From an uncultured Hyphobacterium sp. (GTDB lineage: Bacteria > Bacteroidota > Bacteroidia > Cytophagales > CCMP332): a DNA stretch of 32,000 nucleotides. This document shows positions 26,492 through 32,000 of this stretch, piece by piece. The translations under genes and the position numbers were made by a program. Positions within the stretch are counted from its first letter, which is position 1. Every line of letters starts with the position of its first letter. The notes beneath the pieces are model-generated. The model saw only the letters and a program-made list of their open reading frames with translations, had not been told where the DNA came from and made no database searches. The DNA is taken from NCBI GenBank assembly GCA_964351965.1, contig CAYGPM010000012.1, positions 46,827-78,826 on the forward strand, read 5' to 3'.

Positions 26492-27792
26492 TAAGATACA
26501 TCCTTTACACAAGTTATAGATTAGCCTTTACACTAGATTAGTTTCTAACCTTACTGATTGTTCTTTCGTTCTTAATTCATTTTCATTAAAGTATCCTAAA
26601 AATACATTTCTATAAAACACCCGCCAAATTCCATTTCCCATCTCTAGGGCTCCTATGTATTTCCCTTGCAATGAAGCAGATACATATACCCAGTTATAGG
26701 AGCCCCATCGGACAGATCCGTTCTTGGTCACTTTTAAGACTTTCATTTCTGAGTCATAGTCAAAGTTGTTGATTCTTTCGGGAAAAGGACGCGTAGAAAA
26801 CTCATGAACAGAAGCAGGTGTTTGCATGTCCAGAGCTTCGTGGGGTCTTATGTGATTATACTCCTTTACAAATCGATTTAAACGCCTCTGTTGGGCTTTT
26901 AAATCATAAGCTGAAGGTTTGGCGCAAGCCGCCTTTAAATCTCTGTGCATTCGCTCATGTCTTCCGTTTTGTTCAGGGTGCGAAGGATCAGAATAAACAG
27001 GTATGATTCCAAGTTCAATGAACCAGTAGGAGAGCCTGGTAAAACGTTGTATGGCTTTAACAGATCCGAAAGGGCTGCCGTTGTCAGTATGGATTTGTTT
27101 AGGAATACCATACATCCTGAAAACCCTGGTAAAATCTGCTTTAGCTGAAGCCAGGTTCTCTTTGTAATGTCCTTTTGCAGTAAATACAAATCGGCTTTTT
27201 GAATCGGCAATAGTAAGTGGATGACAGTAGATTTTATTACCCATTAAAAACTTTCCTTTGTAGTCTGCACTCCAGACTTCATTGCACTGCTTCGGATCGA
27301 AAATGGGGTGAATGGGTTTGACTCTTCGCAGGCGTTTCTGAGGGCTTACCAAACCATGTTTTTTCAGGATGTTGTGTACGGTCAACATACTTGGGATCAT
27401 TTCATCTGAAAAATCGTTATACAACAGTTTGTGGATTTTTTTTGCTCCCCACAGCTTGTGTTTTTCTTTCAGTTTAAGAATGCCTTCTATCACTTTTTCA
27501 GCAGTGGTATTTGGATGAGGTCCGCGAGGTTTTCTTGAAAGTTCTCTTAGCCCTTCATAGCCTTCGTTTTCAAATCGGGTTATGATTTTATAGGCAGTAG
27601 GCCTCGATATTTCAAAACTTCTGCACAGCTCCGAGATCGTATATTGACCGGTGCGCCATTCACAGATAAACTCAATTTTTTGTTCCATTATCGTTGTTTC
27701 TTTCCAAGGCATGGCAATCTGAATTTTTCTTCAAATTGCATCTTAAAAAGTGTAAACGATGTTTCTATAACTCTGTAAAGGATGTTTGTATA
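26492..27792 (-). mobile_element. IS481-family-like insertion sequence
   Basis: Core inverted repeats are ACATCCTTTACA[CA/G]AGTTATAG at 26498-26519 and its complement at 27765-27785. The outer ends are approximate. A possible 4-bp TCGT duplication lies at 26488-91 and 27793-96. Confidence 0.7.
26528..27712 (-). CDS. DDE transposase/integrase (rve core), IS481-like
   Basis: N-terminal HTH (ISELCRSFEISRPTAYKI), plus WSADYKG, HTDNGSPF and HPEQNGRHERMHRDLK, which supply the D, D, E triad context. Confidence 0.85.
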   Translation of the reverse strand: MPWKETTIMEQKIEFICEWRTGQYTISELCRSFEISRPTAYKIITRFENEGYEGLRELSRKPRGPHPNTTAEKVIEGILKLKEKHKLWGAKKIHKLLYNDFSDEMIPSMLTVHNILKKHGLVSPQKRLRRVKPIHPIFDPKQCNEVWSADYKGKFLMGNKIYCHPLTIADSKSRFVFTAKGHYKENLASAKADFTRVFRMYGIPKQIHTDNGSPFGSVKAIQRFTRLSYWFIELGIIPVYSDPSHPEQNGRHERMHRDLKAACAKPSAYDLKAQQRRLNRFVKEYNHIRPHEALDMQTPASVHEFSTRPFPERINNFDYDSEMKVLKVTKNGSVRWGSYNWVYVSASLQGKYIGALEMGNGIWRVFYRNVFLGYFNENELRTKEQSVRLETNLV

Positions 27793-27804
27793 TCGTACCA
27801 TATT

Positions 27805-28002
27805 GCTGCCAACGTTTAGTATATGGCAAGTAGGGCAGTAGAAAGCGATAAACTTTCAGCTTTGCACTGAGCCAAAGCGTTGTATTTTGTTTTTAATTTA
27901 TTCATTTTAAAAGTCAAATCAACGATTTGGCTGTGTTGGTAAATAGTACTGAACTTTCCTAAACCATAGAACGCCCTATTTGCTATATACCGTGTTGGGG
28001 TG
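27805..28002. repeat. attC-like imperfect palindrome E2
   Basis: GCTGCCAAC (27805-13), 6-nt spacer, TATATGGCAAGTAGGGCAGT, variable centre, AACGCCCTATTTGCTATATA, 4-nt spacer, GTTGGGGTG (27994-28002). It overlaps the last codons of the NmrA-like gene. Confidence 0.6.
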
Positions 28003-28870
28003 TCGTTATTTTTTCTTTTTCTCGTTCAATAAATTCTTTTAATGTAGTTGGAGCTTTTCCTGTCAGTTTTTGATAATTGTCTGAAATTCGGGGTTCAGCT
28101 TGAAGTCGTGGTAAAAAGTGAAGTAATGTCATAACCATAGCAAACCCACCGTTTAGTCCTTCTTTTTTCTTGCGGAAATAAAAGCTGATAGGATTGATAC
28201 TATTAAACCTTATTCTTTTACCTGTAATATCGGTCATCAAATCCGCAACGTCTCCAAAACTTTTGTTTTCAGTGCCCGTGATTTCATAGGCTTGATTTTG
28301 ATAGTTTTCAAATTCTGCAATAAGTGTTGCTGTAGATTCACCAATATTCTTGACATCAATCCAGTTAAATTTCGCTTTTCCTGAAGGTAGTGTAATACTC
28401 TTTTTTGTCAAGATTTCAGGCAGCAAGGTTGTTGTCAAGTTTTGCATAAAATAGCTTGGTCGGATAAAAATGTAGTCGAACTGCAATTCTTGAACTAATC
28501 GTTCAATTTTGTTGTGAGGAATTACCTTGCTTTTTTCAGCACCCTGAACGGATAAGAAAACGACTTTGTTGATCCCATTTTCCTTTGCTAAATATAAGAG
28601 TGGTCGAAAGACTACTTCAACATCCGAAATGTGGGGTGGTCGCAATAAAAAGAGAATGTCGACTTGGTCGAATGCTTCGGAGAATGTGCTTTTATTCTCA
28701 AAATCAAATTTTCGATAATGAAGGTTAGAATAATTCTTAAAAGTCTTTTTTGCTTTGTCAATATTTCGAACAGCAGCCAAGATTTCAGTGTCAGAATTTA
28801 ACTCACTTAAATAATGGATAACTTCAAGTCCAATATTTCCTGTTGCTCCTGTTACAAGAATTCGTTTCAT
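27983..28870 (-). CDS. NmrA-like / NAD(P)H-binding SDR-family protein
   Basis: The N-terminal ILVTGATGNIGLEV is a Rossmann GxxGxxG motif. 295 aa. Confidence 0.8.
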   Translation of the reverse strand: MKRILVTGATGNIGLEVIHYLSELNSDTEILAAVRNIDKAKKTFKNYSNLHYRKFDFENKSTFSEAFDQVDILFLLRPPHISDVEVVFRPLLYLAKENGINKVVFLSVQGAEKSKVIPHNKIERLVQELQFDYIFIRPSYFMQNLTTTLLPEILTKKSITLPSGKAKFNWIDVKNIGESTATLIAEFENYQNQAYEITGTENKSFGDVADLMTDITGKRIRFNSINPISFYFRKKKEGLNGGFAMVMTLLHFLPRLQAEPRISDNYQKLTGKAPTTLKEFIEREKEKITTPQHGI

Positions 28871-28882
28871 TTCCTTTTAATG

Positions 28883-29045
28883 CACCCCAACAATTGGCTA
28901 AAGTTATTGACTTTATTTCTATTATAGTCGATCCATGATCGATTGTAAAAAACGCAAAAAATGATACCAAAAGCATATTTATTTCAAAAGACTAAAAAAG
29001 TGACTTTATCCACTTTGCGGTAACTTAAAACCATCGTTTGGTGTG
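28883..29045. repeat. attC-like imperfect palindrome E3 (more degenerate)
   Basis: CACCCCAAC (28883-91) ... GTTTGGTGTG (29036-45). The inner arms GGCTAAAGTTA / TAACTTAAAACC are partly complementary. It starts 12 nt upstream of the NmrA-like ATG. Confidence 0.45.
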
Positions 29046-29164
29046 ACTTTTGGATATGATTTTAAAAAACCTTTAGACAGGCTTTATCTAGACATAATCA
29101 ATTGTTTAAGGCGTGATACTTTGAATTAAATGACCGTTTTCTTTAACCAAAACCAGAGAAAGTA

Positions 29165-29469
29165 ATGCATCATTTCGAAACTGTACAGACGGAATAATTT
29201 CTTAGACTACACTGCTTGATAAAGTAAAACTTATCATTAACTCGATTACCAAAGACATCACAAAAGACTCTTTGGAGCATAGACGCTATTCCCAAATTTT
29301 GGTAAATTCCATACATGTCAAGGTGGAGTTTGATTGGAACAAAATTTACTGGGTATAAATGCATGAAAGCTCCGATAAGATGGAGCTCCTATACCTCACT
29401 ACTTATGGCAAAATAATTTTCATCAACGAACGCATCCCCTTAGTTGCGGATCAGGTTTATATTCCTTGC
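29165..29469 (+). pseudogene. decayed third copy of the 102-aa family
   Basis: MHHFET..., ILVNSIHVKVEFDWNKIYWV* and MELLYLTTYGKIIFINERI...QVYIP align in order to the two intact paralogs. They are split over several frames by stops and frameshifts. Confidence 0.7.
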
Positions 29470-29825
29470 TTAGATTATCTATTGTCGATTTTTAATTTCA
29501 AGACCAATTTAATCTGCACAATACCATTTCGCATTTACTCAATTGTAAATCCTTGTGTGTCTAATTTAATATGGAGATTCCAACTTATTCCAAAAGTGTT
29601 GTTATGTCTTTGCCCAATCAACAAGGTGCAGAATGCTAAAAAGAATAGAAAATGTTTCATTTTCACCTTTTTTGAATCTGTCAGAACGTCAACTCTTGCT
29701 GTGCAGTAATTAGGTAAATGAAAAAAGTGAGGAACGAATGAATGAAACGAAATTAATGAAAGTACATGGGTGAGGGAAAGGTTTAATACCCCAAGCATCA
29801 CACTTGAGGCATTAATTGATCCCAA

Positions 29826-30341
29826 TCATAACTCTTCTTTGACGCTTCCACAATGCAGCATTTTATCTCCAAAATAAGGATTGTTCACTTTTTTTTCGGC
29901 ACTGAGCCAATAGGCACCTTCGTTGTTGAACGCCATCGGACAATACTGCTTATAGAGCTTTTGATCATTTACTTTGGTTTCTTTTACCCATTTGTAAATG
30001 TTTACTGAAAGGGCATTGAAGTGATTACGTTGGTGATCTATATTTTCTGTATTAGCGATATGCTGAGCATCATCACGCACCTTTTTCATTGGTGCATCTT
30101 GGTCATAAGGAATGCTATTTACAAGTTTTAATGCCGCTTTGCTAGCTGCTTGTTCATTTGATTGCACCAAGGCATCTTTAATATCAAGGTAGCTCTTCAG
30201 AATGTTTGAATCTTTTTCTGTCTGGATGTTTGTGGTCTCCATCTTACCTGTTGATTCATTTGATTGTGAACTTCCACATGAGGTTATTATTGACAAGCTG
30301 ATTGCCAATGTTACTAAAAAAATTGATTTTGACTTTTTCAT
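29826..30341 (-). CDS. DUF3347-type lipoprotein (metal-resistance associated)
   Basis: Lipoprotein signal (LSIITSCGSS). The C-terminal CPMAFNNEGAYWLSAEKKVNNPYFGDKMLHCGSV repeats the C-terminal domain of the adjacent adaptor protein. Confidence 0.65.
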   Translation of the reverse strand: MKKSKSIFLVTLAISLSIITSCGSSQSNESTGKMETTNIQTEKDSNILKSYLDIKDALVQSNEQAASKAALKLVNSIPYDQDAPMKKVRDDAQHIANTENIDHQRNHFNALSVNIYKWVKETKVNDQKLYKQYCPMAFNNEGAYWLSAEKKVNNPYFGDKMLHCGSVKEEL

Positions 30342-30364
30342 TTGATTTGATTTTAAGTGAATAA

Positions 30365-32000
30365 TTATTTGATCATTTTAATTACTTCTCCGCAAGTCAG
30401 CATAGACTCACCAAAATAGGGGTTGCGAATTTCTTTTTCCCGGCTCAGCCAGTGCGTACCTTTATTTGAATCAGCCATAGGACAATGCTGAATGTAAATT
30501 GTGGATGAATTGGGTTCAAAAGATTCTGCTATTGCAATCATCTCCTTTGAAATATGTAAAAAACTTTCCCTCAGAGATGCTATGTTATCTTTGTGTTCAA
30601 TGTTTTGCAAAGAATTTTTCAAGGAAAAAGATAATTCCATCCATACATCATGAGCATCACCTTTGAATAGGACCATATTTATATTCCCAAGTGAGGTCTT
30701 CATTGCCAAACCTGATTCCTTTGCTTTTTTAAAATCATCAGATGCCAGGGCAGTTTTAAAGCTAAAATAAGAGTCGAAAAGAGGCTCTATGGATTTTTTT
30801 GCAGAGGTAGATAAGGAAGTCTTCTTAATGGCAGAGGGCTTATTCTCCCTTGGAGAATTTTTTGTGCCACCATGGTTGTGCCCTGTCATAGCTACCCCGC
30901 CTTGAGGGTTCATCATGCTAGGTTTTCCAGCCAATTGAGCTGCTGCATCAATGCTAAAGGTACCGTGAACTGCAATCTCTTCCCCAGCTTCTAAACCTGA
31001 CTCAATTACGTAACTATCTCCTAATTCTGGTCCCAACGTAACCACACGCATCATAAAACTAACACCTTGTGAGCTCTTTTGCATGACGTAAACAACAGAA
31101 CGAGTGCCTGTCCACATAACGGCTGATTTAGGTACCGTTATTGATTGCTTTTTAGTTGAAGTACTTGCTTCCACAATTCCACTGGCAAACATTTCGGGCT
31201 TTAGCAATAAGTCGGCATTGCTTCGTTCTACTCTTGCTTTGGCCACTCTTGTTTTGGGATCTATTACAGGGTCGATGTAACTGATTTCACCACTGAATGC
31301 TTTACCCGGTATAGATTGGATGGTGTATTTGACTTCATCTCCTTGGTTTATTAAACCCATGTCCGTCTCATAAATATCAAACAATACCCAAACCTTTGAT
31401 AAATCGGCTATTTGATAAATTGGTTCGCCTTGACTGACGTAGTCTCCAAGGTTGACCATTTTTTCTGTAACATAACCTGATACATCCGCAAGAATAGGAA
31501 ATGACTCAATAGCCTGACCTGAAGTCAGCACCTGATCTATTTGCTTTTCAGTGAGCTTCCACTTCTTTAATTTTTCCTTGGCTGCATTGAATAGAGCAGG
31601 CTGCGTCGTGGCAATTTTTTGTGCTTCGAGAAGTTCTTCCTGAGCTGTCACTAATTCGGGCGAATAAAGCCTTGCAATGATCTGACCTTTTGAAACAAAA
31701 TCTCCTGTAAACGTTACCGCTAGTTCTTCGATACGTCCTGAGACATGGGAAGATTGCGTATGCAGCAATCGTTCATCTTCTTGCACTTTGCCATTCAGTT
31801 GAATGGATTTTGTGACATTTCCCTTACCCACCGTGAGCGTTTGAACCTGTGCCAACTGCATAGCGGTAGCAGACATACTTATTGCCATGGGATCAAGTTC
31901 TTCGTTTTGGCCTGACTCCAGCGGTATTAAATCCATCCCACAAATAGGGCAATCGCCTGGCTCATCTTTTCTGATTTGTGGATGCATAGAACAGGTCCAG
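30365..32000 (-). CDS. efflux RND periplasmic adaptor (CusB-like) with N-terminal metal-binding motif and C-terminal DUF3347-like domain; 5' end outside window
   Basis: (W)TCSMHPQIRKDEPGDCPICGMDL is a heavy-metal-binding motif, followed by a membrane-fusion-protein core. The frame is open through nt 32000. Confidence 0.8.
   Translation of the reverse strand, partial: WTCSMHPQIRKDEPGDCPICGMDLIPLESGQNEELDPMAISMSATAMQLAQVQTLTVGKGNVTKSIQLNGKVQEDERLLHTQSSHVSGRIEELAVTFTGDFVSKGQIIARLYSPELVTAQEELLEAQKIATTQPALFNAAKEKLKKWKLTEKQIDQVLTSGQAIESFPILADVSGYVTEKMVNLGDYVSQGEPIYQIADLSKVWVLFDIYETDMGLINQGDEVKYTIQSIPGKAFSGEISYIDPVIDPKTRVAKARVERSNADLLLKPEMFASGIVEASTSTKKQSITVPKSAVMWTGTRSVVYVMQKSSQGVSFMMRVVTLGPELGDSYVIESGLEAGEEIAVHGTFSIDAAAQLAGKPSMMNPQGGVAMTGHNHGGTKNSPRENKPSAIKKTSLSTSAKKSIEPLFDSYFSFKTALASDDFKKAKESGLAMKTSLGNINMVLFKGDAHDVWMELSFSLKNSLQNIEHKDNIASLRESFLHISKEMIAIAESFEPNSSTIYIQHCPMADSNKGTHWLSREKEIRNPYFGESMLTCGEVIKMIK

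Noticed and set aside
26474-26512. N-terminal extension of the large nuclease-like ORF (MCKGCILTNTFFK)
   Set aside because: These codons lie inside the terminal inverted repeat of the IS element. The ATG at 26473 gives the conserved MTGGQ...DYQ N-terminus.
24238-29045. A complete integron with integrase and attI
   Set aside because: No tyrosine-recombinase ORF exists anywhere in the window. Only a CALIN-like cluster can be proposed.
29535-29825. Listed ORFs 29359-29709 (+) and 29535-29825 (-)
   Set aside because: The first starts inside the pseudogene relic, and its remainder is low-complexity. The second is antisense to it and has no motifs. Neither has support.

Overview
The window looks like part of a low-GC Bacteroidota plasmid or mobilizable element. 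This is inferred from T9SS C-terminal sorting domains, a Rep_3-type initiator with iterons, and a Bacteroides-style mob operon.

Left to right:
- A 5'-partial patatin-like lipase.
- A replication module: the rep gene, flanked by 6 dispersed and about 6 tandem iterons.
- parA, a small ParG-like gene, and ACATTGTA repeats upstream.
- HEPN-MNT and RES-Xre toxin-antitoxin pairs.
- An XRE regulator and an HNH endonuclease.
- A mobilization operon (RHH accessory protein plus relaxase).
- Two translationally coupled T9SS cargo genes (560 and 1341 aa).
- An accessory island at 20.1-29.0 kb.
- A DUF3347 / CusB-like metal-efflux cluster that runs off the right edge.

The accessory island is the most interesting part. 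It holds small minus-strand modules:
- P-loop protein + 83 aa.
- PD-(D/E)xK protein + 87 aa.
- 109 aa + 117 aa + DUF2971.
- A 698-aa protein with a DUF4297/Cap4-like nuclease domain.
- An NmrA-like reductase.

Three attC-like imperfect palindromes (24238-24369, 27805-28002, 28883-29045) separate some of these modules. Their outer boxes match perfectly across each gene segment rather than within each element, which is the hallmark of integron cassettes. No integrase is present in the window.

An IS481-like element sits between one of these sites and the nuclease gene start. An ORF-less group II intron 3' remnant (domains V-VI) lies antisense directly behind the DUF2971 gene. An unexplained 65-nt repeat pair brackets the PD-(D/E)xK module.

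All functional calls rest on motifs read by eye; no database search was possible.
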